Assembly (NCBI RefSeq): GCF_036588685.1
Contig: NC_086381.1
Span: 27,652,001 to 27,716,000, forward strand
DNA length: 64,000 nucleotides
Origin: Mytilus trossulus
Lineage: Eukaryota
Direction of reading: 5' to 3'
Position numbers and translations under genes: made by a program. This document shows, piece after piece, positions 16,456 to 35,518 of the stretch; positions within the stretch are counted from its first letter, which is position 1; every line of letters begins with the position of its first letter. The notes under the pieces are model-generated. The model was not told the origin of the DNA, searched no databases, and saw nothing but the letters and a program-made list of their open reading frames with translations.

Positions 16456-17236
16456 CTATATATCTGATGAACGCGGCCCTAAAAGAAATACCACTGAATT
16501 TTTGATAGGTTGGACCTGATTGGTTGTTTTCGTCTAAATCCGGGAGGTAACTCTGTAGGAATTCTGTACACTTTCAATCCACTTTTTGACTGAAGCTCTG
16601 AAAATATATGAAAATAAAATATTTCAAACTGTATACAAATAAAAATACAAAGATTATAAGAGATGGACCAAATAACTAATGATCTCCATCATCAATTAAT
16701 ACTTCTTATATTTTCCAATGTGAAAGAGATTTATTTCCTTTTACTTAAAATACAAGAACATATCACACTGCATACATAAGCAGGAGTTAACAATGTGCAA
16801 TTGCAATATAAAAACAATTAGTTTAAAGAAAATCTTTTTATACAGTATTTTTCTTGTTCAAAAGATACAGTTTCAGAGATAGTCCACTCTGCAGACTTAA
16901 GAGAGTAAAAGAGTAAAAACTAAACTACAGCATACCAGTCAGTTATTTAAGCATGGACAGATAGATTTGTAAATAAAAACAGGTGTGCATGATAATTTTT
17001 CTCAAAATCACCTTTACCAGTTTCAATAAAGATGTCCCGGGAAATTCACATTTCAAACATGTTATTATTACATGTATACAATCAATGCTCATCTTTTAAC
17101 AACTAATTAGGAATCTTTCTAAATTTAGCAGCTACTTTATACATGTAGTCATAGGTTTTTGAAATGTACACAGTGCAGCCTCACTTTTTAAATACCACAA
17201 TTGGTACATCATTGAATGAATGAATTATTGCGCCTT

Positions 17237-17336
17237 NNNNNNNNNNNNNNNNNNNNNNNNNNNNNNNNNNNNNNNNNNNNNNNNNNNNNNNNNNNNNNNN
17301 NNNNNNNNNNNNNNNNNNNNNNNNNNNNNNNNNNNN
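17237..17336. other. Assembly gap (100 N, placeholder of unknown size)
   Basis: Run of exactly 100 N; array orientation flips across it. Confidence 0.99.
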
Positions 17337-17696
17337 TCGTGATATTTTTTTATATAATGTTTCAATACATATTCAAGTATAGTTCGATTCTAGACCCCCT
17401 CCCCCCCCCAAAAAAAAGAGGGAAGAAATGTATAACCCGTGAAAAGGTTAAATTCTGGTGTATGTATATTTTTTCAAATCGGCTAATAAAATGAAGAATA
17501 AAGAAGAGAAAAAAAGAAAGAAAGAAAGAAAGAAAGAAAGACAAAAAGACAGAATTCAGATATAAACAAATTTGTCATTTTGGGGTGGGACACAGCTTCA
17601 TTTAGAAGTTTGTTATGTACAACAATAATAAGACTCTTTTTGAAAAATATTGGTGGCCCTGAAAAGGGCCGTTTGTGAAGTTAAACTTCTCGTTGT

Positions 17697-18071
17697 TTAC
17701 TTGCTGCTGGTGTACTTTGTGACGGCTTTGGTACCTTCACTGACAGCGTGCTTGGCCAATTCACCGGGTAAGAGCAGACGAACTGCAGTCTGGATCTCCC
17801 GAGATGTGATGGTAGATCTCTTGTTGTAGTGAGCGAGACGGGAAGCTTCTGCAGCGATTCTCTCAAAGATATCGTTGACAAAACTGTTCATGATAGACAT
17901 AGCCTTTGAGGATACTCCAGTGTCTGGGTGAACCTGTCTCAAGACTTTGTAGATGTAGATGGCATAGGATTCTCTCCTCTTCCTCCTCCTTTTCTTGTCA
18001 CCGCCGGGTCTGGCAGTCTTTGCCTTTGTTACGGCCTTTTTGGCTCCTTTGGTTCCAACTTTTGGTGGCAT
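17697..18071 (-). CDS. H2B: Histone H2B
   Basis: Identical protein copy. Confidence 0.99.
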   Translation of the reverse strand: MPPKVGTKGAKKAVTKAKTARPGGDKKRRRKRRESYAIYIYKVLRQVHPDTGVSSKAMSIMNSFVNDIFERIAAEASRLAHYNKRSTITSREIQTAVRLLLPGELAKHAVSEGTKAVTKYTSSK

Positions 18072-18349
18072 TTTGAAAGATGTATACTCTCTGAAATGTA
18101 ATCAGTGAATGATGGCCGTTAATAAAAATTTCTATTTATACTCGGCTAAACGGATTGAAAGTTTTTACTTAACGCGAACTTCGGAGAGAGCACCCTTCTA
18201 ACATTCAACCCTAACTACCTGGAAGAAGCGATGATTTGATTGGTTTAGAACTGAAACATCTTTCAATCCGTTTTGCGGGTATAAATAGTAAAATACCACC
18301 TAACTGGATAATCATTGTTTATACTTGTTCAAGTCAAACAACGTATTAA

Positions 18350-18733
<384 letters not shown>

Positions 18734-20061
18734 AGTCAACACTACAGAAACTTCACTTACAACGGCCCTTTTCAGGGCCACCAACATTTTTCAAAAAGAA
18801 TCTGACTTTGTTGTACAATTTAGTTGAATGCAGAAAGCAATCTCAAACATAGCTCACTCCCTCCATTTCTCTTGTCTTTATCTCTTTATTTTTCCTTTTC
18901 TTTATAAACAGCATACAGATGTCTACTTTCTAATTATATATATAACAATATTTGATGTGGAAAAAAAATGAAGAACAGTACGAGTTTCTTTTTTTCCCCT
19001 ATAAAAGTCCAAGAAAATAAACGAACTATATAACGTAGATTCGATGAAAATGCGCAAGCACGAGAGGAAGAAAAACTCATAGTTGTTAGTGGTCAATGTT
19101 GCATATTTTTTTGGTGTAAATTAAGTTGCAGTCCTATATATTATACTATATAAGCACACACAATACAATCTATGACCTTATTTTTATATAATATATATTC
19201 GTTCGTTCGTTGTCTGTCTAACTGTGATCTATGTGAATTCTTTTCTTCCTCTTCTGCTGTCACATTCTCTTAGATATATAATATATATTTTGTGTTCCTA
19301 TACAAAGTACTTATGCGTATGTTTATAGTTGTGTAGATTATTTTTTAGCTCAAATCCTTTGTATTTGCAAAATTCGTATATAAACAATAAAGAATACTTC
19401 AACAATGTGCAAGTTTCACAGTATGCGTGCAGTATACTATATAGAGAATATCATGGCTTTACATGATACAGAGACTAGAGAATACAGAGACTGTATAGCT
19501 AGAGAGAACACAAAGACTATAGAGAGGATAAAAAGTGTTCTCTTTGTTTTAAGACACTGAGACGAGTGACAATTGTGTACTATAGTAAGCATGTCTATAC
19601 GAGAAACTAAGAAAACGGCTGCATTTCTATACCACTGGCTATTGATGAAAATGGATGGATGATGTTTTTTTTCTCTTTTTTCTTCTTCTATTTTGCTCTT
19701 TAATTTACATTTCCTGTCAATTATTAATTTCGTGTCAGACTGTTGATTAAACAATTATTTATTATTTGAATAAAGATTATTATTAAGTTCTGCATTACTC
19801 TTGATTATTATTTTTTTTGGTCTTATGTCAAATTTTCGCTGACACTATCAGAATAGAAACAAATTGTGCCAATTGTTAGCTTGGGGTGAACAATCATAGC
19901 TTCAGTCCAAAAAGGGATCGAAAGCTGTGAAAGTAACTTCCAGATCAGTCCAATCATAACACAGAGATTTCAACCAATCAACGTGAGTTTTATTACCCCG
20001 AAAGGCCAATCAGTGTCGTGTTTGCAAACATTGCGGCTAGCACAAATACACTAACATTTGA

Positions 20062-20526
<465 letters not shown>

Positions 20527-22162
20527 ACTGACCTTTACTCTATACAATAACGGCCCTTTTAAGGGCCACCAATATTTTCCAAAAAGAGTCTGAATATGTT
20601 GTACATCAAAATCAAATATAGCTGAAACCCCCTCTCCACATCTTTCTTTATTCTTCTTTCTCTCCACATCTCTCTTTATTCTTCTTTCTTATTATCTTTT
20701 TTTTTTGCACTCACTTAAGATTAGACAAGTCGGGTTACTGTATTGATAGAAGAAAAATATAGAGAAACTTATTTCATAACATGCAAAGAAGAGAAATAAA
20801 AGGATAAATAGAGATAGAGAGACATACATATTTTTTATTTATCTAATTCTTCCAAATCCTTCGGAAAAAACAAGAATGTTATACATTTTCTGGTATACCC
20901 TCCTGAAAAAATTAACATACATGTATACATTTAAATAAAAAAAAGGTAAGAAAAAACATACTCCAAGAACAATACAATCCATCTTCTAATTACAGAATTA
21001 TTAAAATGTATTTCTTTCTAATTTCTGTGGTTATATTTTTCTCTAAATTGCATTTTTCTCGGTCTTATTTTCTCACTTATTTTTTAGATGCTTTTTTTAT
21101 GTATTTTTTACTCATATTGTGTATTCTACTGTGACAACATGAGAAGAATCAATTATTTTATATTTCTGAAATATATTTTCGGTACGGGTCCAAGTAGTCC
21201 ACCTTAAATTCTCATTGAAAACTTTGTCTCCATCAATTGTGTGTTACAGAAAGAAGTTTTTCTTGAATACCTTTATTTTGTGCTTAAAATGCATCTATTT
21301 TGGGTGCTCTATGTGCCTTATAAATGATGTGAACATGTGTGCGGATGAATCTTTTTTTCCCATTGGTGGAGAAAAATAGACAAGGCGCAATAATTCATTC
21401 ATTCAATGATGTACCAATTGTGGTATTTAAAAAGTGAGGCTGCACTGTGTACATTTCAAAAACCTATGACTACATGTATAAAGTAGCTGCTAAATTTAGA
21501 AAGATTCCTAATTAGTTGTTAAAAGATGAGCATTGATTGTATACATGTAATAATAACATGTTTGAAATGTGAATTTCCCGGGACATCTTTATTGAAACTG
21601 GTAAAGGTGATTTTGAGAAAAATTATCATGCACACCTGTTTTTATTTACAAATCTATCTGTCCATGCTTAAATAACTGACTGGTATGCTGTAGTTTAGTT
21701 TTTACTCTTTTACTCTCTTAAGTCTGCAGAGTGGACTATCTCTGAAACTGTATCTTTTGAACAAGAAAAATACTGTATAAAAAGATTTTCTTTAAACTAA
21801 TTGTTTTTATATTGCAATTGCACATTGTTAACTCCTGCTTATGTATGCAGTGTGATATGTTCTTGTATTTTAAGTAAAAGGAAATAAATCTCTTTCACAT
21901 TGGAAAATATAAGAAGTATTAATTGATGATGGAGATCATTAGTTATTTGGTCCATCTCTTATAATCTTTGTATTTTTATTTGTATACAGTTTGAAATATT
22001 TTATTTTCATATATTTTCAGAGCTTCAGTCAAAAAGTGGATTGAAAGTGTACAGAATTCCTACAGAGTTACCTCCCGGATTTAGACGAAAACAACCAATC
22101 AGGTCCAACCTATCAAAAATTCAGTGGTATTTCTTTTAGGGCCGCGTTCATCAGATATATAG

Positions 22163-22528
<366 letters not shown>

Positions 22529-23291
22529 ACAGCCAGCTGAAAAATACAAATACAACGGCCCTTTTCAGGGCCACCAACATATTTCAAAAAGAATCTGCCT
22601 TTGTTGTACTTAAAATGAAAACCATAGCTTTCTCCTGTCCAACTTTCTTTACTTTCCTTTTTCTTTTATTCGTTTATTTTTTTTAATTTCTTTTCACTTT
22701 TTTTATTTAAGCCTATTAAAAAAAGACCAGCAAGACTTTGGATACAATATGATTCCTGATTTTTTTAATGTAAATAAAATTATTCTTTATTTCATATATA
22801 TTCTTTTATGTAAAAGATATATTGCTGAATTTTTCTCCATTGTCAAACTCTAGTTATATTGTTTTTATATCCTAAAACAATCCCCCTCCCCCTTTTTTCT
22901 CTCTGTCGACGTATGTGTGAATTTAATCTGTTCGTGATATTTTTTTATATAATGTTTCAATACATATTCAAGTATAGTTCGATTCTAGACCCCCTCCCCC
23001 CCCCAAAAAAAAGAGGGAAGAAATGTATAACCCGTGAAAAGGTTAAATTCTGGTGTATGTATATTTTTTCAAATCGGCTAATAAAATGAAGAATAAAGAA
23101 GAGAAAAAAAGAAAGAAAGAAAGAAAGAAAGAAAGACAAAAAGACAGAATTCAGATATAAACAAATTTGTCATTTTGGGGTGGGACACAGCTTCATTTAG
23201 AAGTTTGTTATGTACAACAATAATAAGACTCTTTTTGAAAAATATTGGTGGCCCTGAAAAGGGCCGTTTGTGAAGTTAAACTTCTCGTTGT

Positions 23292-23666
23292 TTACTTGCT
23301 GCTGGTGTACTTTGTGACGGCTTTGGTACCTTCACTGACAGCGTGCTTGGCCAATTCACCGGGTAAGAGCAGACGAACTGCAGTCTGGATCTCCCGAGAT
23401 GTGATGGTAGATCTCTTGTTGTAGTGAGCGAGACGGGAAGCTTCTGCAGCGATTCTCTCAAAGATATCGTTGACAAAACTGTTCATGATAGACATAGCCT
23501 TTGAGGATACTCCAGTGTCTGGGTGAACCTGTCTCAAGACTTTGTAGATGTAGATGGCATAGGATTCTCTCCTCTTCCTCCTCCTTTTCTTGTCACCGCC
23601 GGGTCTGGCAGTCTTTGCCTTTGTTACGGCCTTTTTGGCTCCTTTGGTTCCAACTTTTGGTGGCAT
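23292..23666 (-). CDS. H2B: Histone H2B
   Basis: Identical protein copy. Confidence 0.99.
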   Translation of the reverse strand: MPPKVGTKGAKKAVTKAKTARPGGDKKRRRKRRESYAIYIYKVLRQVHPDTGVSSKAMSIMNSFVNDIFERIAAEASRLAHYNKRSTITSREIQTAVRLLLPGELAKHAVSEGTKAVTKYTSSK

Positions 23667-23944
23667 TTTGAAAGATGTATACTCTCTGAAATGTAATCAG
23701 TGAATGATGGCCGTTAATAAAAATTTCTATTTATACTCGGCTAAACGGATTGAAAGTTTTTACTTAACGCGAACTTCGGAGAGAGCACCCTTCTAACATT
23801 CAACCCTAACTACCTGGAAGAAGCGATGATTTGATTGGTTTAGAACTGAAACATCTTTCAATCCGTTTTGCGGGTATAAATAGTAAAATACCACCTAACT
23901 GGATAATCATTGTTTATACTTGTTCAAGTCAAACAACGTATTAA

Positions 23945-24328
<384 letters not shown>

Positions 24329-25656
24329 AGTCAACACTACAGAAACTTCACTTACAACGGCCCTTTTCAGGGCCACCAACATTTTTCAAAAAGAATCTGA
24401 CTTTGTTGTACAATTTAGTTGAATGCAGAAAGCAATCTCAAACATAGCTCACTCCCTCCATTTCTCTTGTCTTTATCTCTTTATTTTTCCTTTTCTTTAT
24501 AAACAGCATACAGATGTCTACTTTCTAATTATATATATAACAATATTTGATGTGGAAAAAAAATGAAGAACAGTACGAGTTTCTTTTTTTCCCCTATAAA
24601 AGTCCAAGAAAATAAACGAACTATATAACGTAGATTCGATGAAAATGCGCAAGCACGAGAGGAAGAAAAACTCATAGTTGTTAGTGGTCAATGTTGCATA
24701 TTTTTTTGGTGTAAATTAAGTTGCAGTCCTATATATTATACTATATAAGCACACACAATACAATCTATGACCTTATTTTTATATAATATATATTCGTTCG
24801 TTCGTTGTCTGTCTAACTGTGATCTATGTGAATTCTTTTCTTCCTCTTCTGCTGTCACATTCTCTTAGATATATAATATATATTTTGTGTTCCTATACAA
24901 AGTACTTATGCGTATGTTTATAGTTGTGTAGATTATTTTTTAGCTCAAATCCTTTGTATTTGCAAAATTCGTATATAAACAATAAAGAATACTTCAACAA
25001 TGTGCAAGTTTCACAGTATGCGTGCAGTATACTATATAGAGAATATCATGGCTTTACATGATACAGAGACTAGAGAATACAGAGACTGTATAGCTAGAGA
25101 GAACACAAAGACTATAGAGAGGATAAAAAGTGTTCTCTTTGTTTTAAGACACTGAGACGAGTGACAATTGTGTACTATAGTAAGCATGTCTATACGAGAA
25201 ACTAAGAAAACGGCTGCATTTCTATACCACTGGCTATTGATGAAAATGGATGGATGATGTTTTTTTTCTCTTTTTTCTTCTTCTATTTTGCTCTTTAATT
25301 TACATTTCCTGTCAATTATTAATTTCGTGTCAGACTGTTGATTAAACAATTATTTATTATTTGAATAAAGATTATTATTAAGTTCTGCATTACTCTTGAT
25401 TATTATTTTTTTTGGTCTTATGTCAAATTTTCGCTGACACTATCAGAATAGAAACAAATTGTGCCAATTGTTAGCTTGGGGTGAACAATCATAGCTTCAG
25501 TCCAAAAAGGGATCGAAAGCTGTGAAAGTAACTTCCAGATCAGTCCAATCATAACACAGAGATTTCAACCAATCAACGTGAGTTTTATTACCCCGAAAGG
25601 CCAATCAGTGTCGTGTTTGCAAACATTGCGGCTAGCACAAATACACTAACATTTGA

Positions 25657-26121
<465 letters not shown>

Positions 26122-27757
26122 ACTGACCTTTACTCTATACAATAACGGCCCTTTTAAGGGCCACCAATATTTTCCAAAAAGAGTCTGAATATGTTGTACA
26201 TCAAAATCAAATATAGCTGAAACCCCCTCTCCACATCTTTCTTTATTCTTCTTTCTCTCCACATCTCTCTTTATTCTTCTTTCTTATTATCTTTTTTTTT
26301 TGCACTCACTTAAGATTAGACAAGTCGGGTTACTGTATTGATAGAAGAAAAATATAGAGAAACTTATTTCATAACATGCAAAGAAGAGAAATAAAAGGAT
26401 AAATAGAGATAGAGAGACATACATATTTTTTATTTATCTAATTCTTCCAAATCCTTCGGAAAAAACAAGAATGTTATACATTTTCTGGTATACCCTCCTG
26501 AAAAAATTAACATACATGTATACATTTAAATAAAAAAAAGGTAAGAAAAAACATACTCCAAGAACAATACAATCCATCTTCTAATTACAGAATTATTAAA
26601 ATGTATTTCTTTCTAATTTCTGTGGTTATATTTTTCTCTAAATTGCATTTTTCTCGGTCTTATTTTCTCACTTATTTTTTAGATGCTTTTTTTATGTATT
26701 TTTTACTCATATTGTGTATTCTACTGTGACAACATGAGAAGAATCAATTATTTTATATTTCTGAAATATATTTTCGGTACGGGTCCAAGTAGTCCACCTT
26801 AAATTCTCATTGAAAACTTTGTCTCCATCAATTGTGTGTTACAGAAAGAAGTTTTTCTTGAATACCTTTATTTTGTGCTTAAAATGCATCTATTTTGGGT
26901 GCTCTATGTGCCTTATAAATGATGTGAACATGTGTGCGGATGAATCTTTTTTTCCCATTGGTGGAGAAAAATAGACAAGGCGCAATAATTCATTCATTCA
27001 ATGATGTACCAATTGTGGTATTTAAAAAGTGAGGCTGCACTGTGTACATTTCAAAAACCTATGACTACATGTATAAAGTAGCTGCTAAATTTAGAAAGAT
27101 TCCTAATTAGTTGTTAAAAGATGAGCATTGATTGTATACATGTAATAATAACATGTTTGAAATGTGAATTTCCCGGGACATCTTTATTGAAACTGGTAAA
27201 GGTGATTTTGAGAAAAATTATCATGCACACCTGTTTTTATTTACAAATCTATCTGTCCATGCTTAAATAACTGACTGGTATGCTGTAGTTTAGTTTTTAC
27301 TCTTTTACTCTCTTAAGTCTGCAGAGTGGACTATCTCTGAAACTGTATCTTTTGAACAAGAAAAATACTGTATAAAAAGATTTTCTTTAAACTAATTGTT
27401 TTTATATTGCAATTGCACATTGTTAACTCCTGCTTATGTATGCAGTGTGATATGTTCTTGTATTTTAAGTAAAAGGAAATAAATCTCTTTCACATTGGAA
27501 AATATAAGAAGTATTAATTGATGATGGAGATCATTAGTTATTTGGTCCATCTCTTATAATCTTTGTATTTTTATTTGTATACAGTTTGAAATATTTTATT
27601 TTCATATATTTTCAGAGCTTCAGTCAAAAAGTGGATTGAAAGTGTACAGAATTCCTACAGAGTTACCTCCCGGATTTAGACGAAAACAACCAATCAGGTC
27701 CAACCTATCAAAAATTCAGTGGTATTTCTTTTAGGGCCGCGTTCATCAGATATATAG

Positions 27758-28123
<366 letters not shown>

Positions 28124-28886
28124 ACAGCCAGCTGAAAAATACAAATACAACGGCCCTTTTCAGGGCCACCAACATATTTCAAAAAGAATCTGCCTTTGTT
28201 GTACTTAAAATGAAAACCATAGCTTTCTCCTGTCCAACTTTCTTTACTTTCCTTTTTCTTTTATTCGTTTATTTTTTTTAATTTCTTTTCACTTTTTTTA
28301 TTTAAGCCTATTAAAAAAAGACCAGCAAGACTTTGGATACAATATGATTCCTGATTTTTTTAATGTAAATAAAATTATTCTTTATTTCATATATATTCTT
28401 TTATGTAAAAGATATATTGCTGAATTTTTCTCCATTGTCAAACTCTAGTTATATTGTTTTTATATCCTAAAACAATCCCCCTCCCCCTTTTTTCTCTCTG
28501 TCGACGTATGTGTGAATTTAATCTGTTCGTGATATTTTTTTATATAATGTTTCAATACATATTCAAGTATAGTTCGATTCTAGACCCCCTCCCCCCCCCA
28601 AAAAAAAGAGGGAAGAAATGTATAACCCGTGAAAAGGTTAAATTCTGGTGTATGTATATTTTTTCAAATCGGCTAATAAAATGAAGAATAAAGAAGAGAA
28701 AAAAAGAAAGAAAGAAAGAAAGAAAGAAAGACAAAAAGACAGAATTCAGATATAAACAAATTTGTCATTTTGGGGTGGGACACAGCTTCATTTAGAAGTT
28801 TGTTATGTACAACAATAATAAGACTCTTTTTGAAAAATATTGGTGGCCCTGAAAAGGGCCGTTTGTGAAGTTAAACTTCTCGTTGT

Positions 28887-29261
28887 TTACTTGCTGCTGG
28901 TGTACTTTGTGACGGCTTTGGTACCTTCACTGACAGCGTGCTTGGCCAATTCACCGGGTAAGAGCAGACGAACTGCAGTCTGGATCTCCCGAGATGTGAT
29001 GGTAGATCTCTTGTTGTAGTGAGCGAGACGGGAAGCTTCTGCAGCGATTCTCTCAAAGATATCGTTGACAAAACTGTTCATGATAGACATAGCCTTTGAG
29101 GATACTCCAGTGTCTGGGTGAACCTGTCTCAAGACTTTGTAGATGTAGATGGCATAGGATTCTCTCCTCTTCCTCCTCCTTTTCTTGTCACCGCCGGGTC
29201 TGGCAGTCTTTGCCTTTGTTACGGCCTTTTTGGCTCCTTTGGTTCCAACTTTTGGTGGCAT
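28887..29261 (-). CDS. H2B: Histone H2B
   Basis: Identical protein copy. Confidence 0.99.
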   Translation of the reverse strand: MPPKVGTKGAKKAVTKAKTARPGGDKKRRRKRRESYAIYIYKVLRQVHPDTGVSSKAMSIMNSFVNDIFERIAAEASRLAHYNKRSTITSREIQTAVRLLLPGELAKHAVSEGTKAVTKYTSSK

Positions 29262-29539
29262 TTTGAAAGATGTGTACTCTCTGAAATGTAATCAGTGAAT
29301 GATGGCCGTTAATAAAAATTTCTATTTATACTCGGCTAAACGGATTGAAAGTTTTTACTTAACGCGAACTTCGGAGAGAGCACCCTTCTAACATTCAACC
29401 CTAACTACCTGGAAGAAGCGATGATTTGATTGGTTTAGAACTGAAACATCTTTCAATCCGTTTTGCGGGTATAAATAGTAAAATACCACCTAACTGGATA
29501 ATCATTGTTTATACTTGTTCAAGTCAAACAACGTATTAA

Positions 29540-29923
<384 letters not shown>

Positions 29924-31251
29924 AGTCAACACTACAGAAACTTCACTTACAACGGCCCTTTTCAGGGCCACCAACATTTTTCAAAAAGAATCTGACTTTG
30001 TTGTACAATTTAGTTGAATGCAGAAAGCAATCTCAAACATAGCTCACTCCCTCCATTTCTCTTGTCTTTATCTCTTTATTTTTCCTTTTCTTTATAAACA
30101 GCATACAGATGTCTACTTTCTAATTATATATATAACAATATTTGATGTGGAAAAAAAATGAAGAACAGTACGAGTTTCTTTTTTTCCCCTATAAAAGTCC
30201 AAGAAAATAAACGAACTATATAACGTAGATTCGATGAAAATGCGCAAGCACGAGAGGAAGAAAAACTCATAGTTGTTAGTGGTCAATGTTGCATATTTTT
30301 TTGGTGTAAATTAAGTTGCAGTCCTATATATTATACTATATAAGCACACACAATACAATCTATGACCTTATTTTTATATAATATATATTCGTTCGTTCGT
30401 TGTCTGTCTAACTGTGATCTATGTGAATTCTTTTCTTCCTCTTCTGCTGTCACATTCTCTTAGATATATAATATATATTTTGTGTTCCTATACAAAGTAC
30501 TTATGCGTATGTTTATAGTTGTGTAGATTATTTTTTAGCTCAAATCCTTTGTATTTGCAAAATTCGTATATAAACAATAAAGAATACTTCAACAATGTGC
30601 AAGTTTCACAGTATGCGTGCAGTATACTATATAGAGAATATCATGGCTTTACATGATACAGAGACTAGAGAATACAGAGACTGTATAGCTAGAGAGAACA
30701 CAAAGACTATAGAGAGGATAAAAAGTGTTCTCTTTGTTTTAAGACACTGAGACGAGTGACAATTGTGTACTATAGTAAGCATGTCTATACGAGAAACTAA
30801 GAAAACGGCTGCATTTCTATACCACTGGCTATTGATGAAAATGGATGGATGATGTTTTTTTTCTCTTTTTTCTTCTTCTATTTTGCTCTTTAATTTACAT
30901 TTCCTGTCAATTATTAATTTCGTGTCAGACTGTTGATTAAACAATTATTTATTATTTGAATAAAGATTATTATTAAGTTCTGCATTACTCTTGATTATTA
31001 TTTTTTTTGGTCTTATGTCAAATTTTCGCTGACACTATCAGAATAGAAACAAATTGTGCCAATTGTTAGCTTGGGGTGAACAATCATAGCTTCAGTCCAA
31101 AAAGGGATCGAAAGCTGTGAAAGTAACTTCCAGATCAGTCCAATCATAACACAGAGATTTCAACCAATCAACGTGAGTTTTATTACCCCGAAAGGCCAAT
31201 CAGTGTCGTGTTTGCAAACATTGCGGCTAGCACAAATACACTAACATTTGA

Positions 31252-31716
<465 letters not shown>

Positions 31717-33352
31717 ACTGACCTTTACTCTATACAATAACGGCCCTTTTAAGGGCCACCAATATTTTCCAAAAAGAGTCTGAATATGTTGTACATCAAA
31801 ATCAAATATAGCTGAAACCCCCTCTCCACATCTTTCTTTATTCTTCTTTCTCTCCACATCTCTCTTTATTCTTCTTTCTTATTATCTTTTTTTTTTGCAC
31901 TCACTTAAGATTAGACAAGTCGGGTTACTGTATTGATAGAAGAAAAATATAGAGAAACTTATTTCATAACATGCAAAGAAGAGAAATAAAAGGATAAATA
32001 GAGATAGAGAGACATACATATTTTTTATTTATCTAATTCTTCCAAATCCTTCGGAAAAAACAAGAATGTTATACATTTTCTGGTATACCCTCCTGAAAAA
32101 ATTAACATACATGTATACATTTAAATAAAAAAAAGGTAAGAAAAAACATACTCCAAGAACAATACAATCCATCTTCTAATTACAGAATTATTAAAATGTA
32201 TTTCTTTCTAATTTCTGTGGTTATATTTTTCTCTAAATTGCATTTTTCTCGGTCTTATTTTCTCACTTATTTTTTAGATGCTTTTTTTATGTATTTTTTA
32301 CTCATATTGTGTATTCTACTGTGACAACATGAGAAGAATCAATTATTTTATATTTCTGAAATATATTTTCGGTACGGGTCCAAGTAGTCCACCTTAAATT
32401 CTCATTGAAAACTTTGTCTCCATCAATTGTGTGTTACAGAAAGAAGTTTTTCTTGAATACCTTTATTTTGTGCTTAAAATGCATCTATTTTGGGTGCTCT
32501 ATGTGCCTTATAAATGATGTGAACATGTGTGCGGATGAATCTTTTTTTCCCATTGGTGGAGAAAAATAGACAAGGCGCAATAATTCATTCATTCAATGAT
32601 GTACCAATTGTGGTATTTAAAAAGTGAGGCTGCACTGTGTACATTTCAAAAACCTATGACTACATGTATAAAGTAGCTGCTAAATTTAGAAAGATTCCTA
32701 ATTAGTTGTTAAAAGATGAGCATTGATTGTATACATGTAATAATAACATGTTTGAAATGTGAATTTCCCGGGACATCTTTATTGAAACTGGTAAAGGTGA
32801 TTTTGAGAAAAATTATCATGCACACCTGTTTTTATTTACAAATCTATCTGTCCATGCTTAAATAACTGACTGGTATGCTGTAGTTTAGTTTTTACTCTTT
32901 TACTCTCTTAAGTCTGCAGAGTGGACTATCTCTGAAACTGTATCTTTTGAACAAGAAAAATACTGTATAAAAAGATTTTCTTTAAACTAATTGTTTTTAT
33001 ATTGCAATTGCACATTGTTAACTCCTGCTTATGTATGCAGTGTGATATGTTCTTGTATTTTAAGTAAAAGGAAATAAATCTCTTTCACATTGGAAAATAT
33101 AAGAAGTATTAATTGATGATGGAGATCATTAGTTATTTGGTCCATCTCTTATAATCTTTGTATTTTTATTTGTATACAGTTTGAAATATTTTATTTTCAT
33201 ATATTTTCAGAGCTTCAGTCAAAAAGTGGATTGAAAGTGTACAGAATTCCTACAGAGTTACCTCCCGGATTTAGACGAAAACAACCAATCAGGTCCAACC
33301 TATCAAAAATTCAGTGGTATTTCTTTTAGGGCCGCGTTCATCAGATATATAG

Positions 33353-33718
<366 letters not shown>

Positions 33719-34481
33719 ACAGCCAGCTGAAAAATACAAATACAACGGCCCTTTTCAGGGCCACCAACATATTTCAAAAAGAATCTGCCTTTGTTGTACT
33801 TAAAATGAAAACCATAGCTTTCTCCTGTCCAACTTTCTTTACTTTCCTTTTTCTTTTATTCGTTTATTTTTTTTAATTTCTTTTCACTTTTTTTATTTAA
33901 GCCTATTAAAAAAAGACCAGCAAGACTTTGGATACAATATGATTCCTGATTTTTTTAATGTAAATAAAATTATTCTTTATTTCATATATATTCTTTTATG
34001 TAAAAGATATATTGCTGAATTTTTCTCCATTGTCAAACTCTAGTTATATTGTTTTTATATCCTAAAACAATCCCCCTCCCCCTTTTTTCTCTCTGTCGAC
34101 GTATGTGTGAATTTAATCTGTTCGTGATATTTTTTTATATAATGTTTCAATACATATTCAAGTATAGTTCGATTCTAGACCCCCTCCCCCCCCCAAAAAA
34201 AAGAGGGAAGAAATGTATAACCCGTGAAAAGGTTAAATTCTGGTGTATGTATATTTTTTCAAATCGGCTAATAAAATGAAGAATAAAGAAGAGAAAAAAA
34301 GAAAGAAAGAAAGAAAGAAAGAAAGACAAAAAGACAGAATTCAGATATAAACAAATTTGTCATTTTGGGGTGGGACACAGCTTCATTTAGAAGTTTGTTA
34401 TGTACAACAATAATAAGACTCTTTTTGAAAAATATTGGTGGCCCTGAAAAGGGCCGTTTGTGAAGTTAAACTTCTCGTTGT

Positions 34482-34856
34482 TTACTTGCTGCTGGTGTAC
34501 TTTGTGACGGCTTTGGTACCTTCACTGACAGCGTGCTTGGCCAATTCACCGGGTAAGAGCAGACGAACTGCAGTCTGGATCTCCCGAGATGTGATGGTAG
34601 ATCTCTTGTTGTAGTGAGCGAGACGGGAAGCTTCTGCAGCGATTCTCTCAAAGATATCGTTGACAAAACTGTTCATGATAGACATAGCCTTTGAGGATAC
34701 TCCAGTGTCTGGGTGAACCTGTCTCAAGACTTTGTAGATGTAGATGGCATAGGATTCTCTCCTCTTCCTCCTCCTTTTCTTGTCACCGCCGGGTCTGGCA
34801 GTCTTTGCCTTTGTTACGGCCTTTTTGGCTCCTTTGGTTCCAACTTTTGGTGGCAT
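34482..34856 (-). CDS. H2B: Histone H2B
   Basis: Identical protein copy. Confidence 0.99.
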   Translation of the reverse strand: MPPKVGTKGAKKAVTKAKTARPGGDKKRRRKRRESYAIYIYKVLRQVHPDTGVSSKAMSIMNSFVNDIFERIAAEASRLAHYNKRSTITSREIQTAVRLLLPGELAKHAVSEGTKAVTKYTSSK

Positions 34857-35134
34857 TTTGAAAGATGTATACTCTCTGAAATGTAATCAGTGAATGATGG
34901 CCGTTAATAAAAATTTCTATTTATACTCGGCTAAACGGATTGAAAGTTTTTACTTAACGCGAACTTCGGAGAGAGCACCCTTCTAACATTCAACCCTAAC
35001 TACCTGGAAGAAGCGATGATTTGATTGGTTTAGAACTGAAACATCTTTCAATCCGTTTTGCGGGTATAAATAGTAAAATACCACCTAACTGGATAATCAT
35101 TGTTTATACTTGTTCAAGTCAAACAACGTATTAA

Positions 35135-35518
<384 letters not shown>

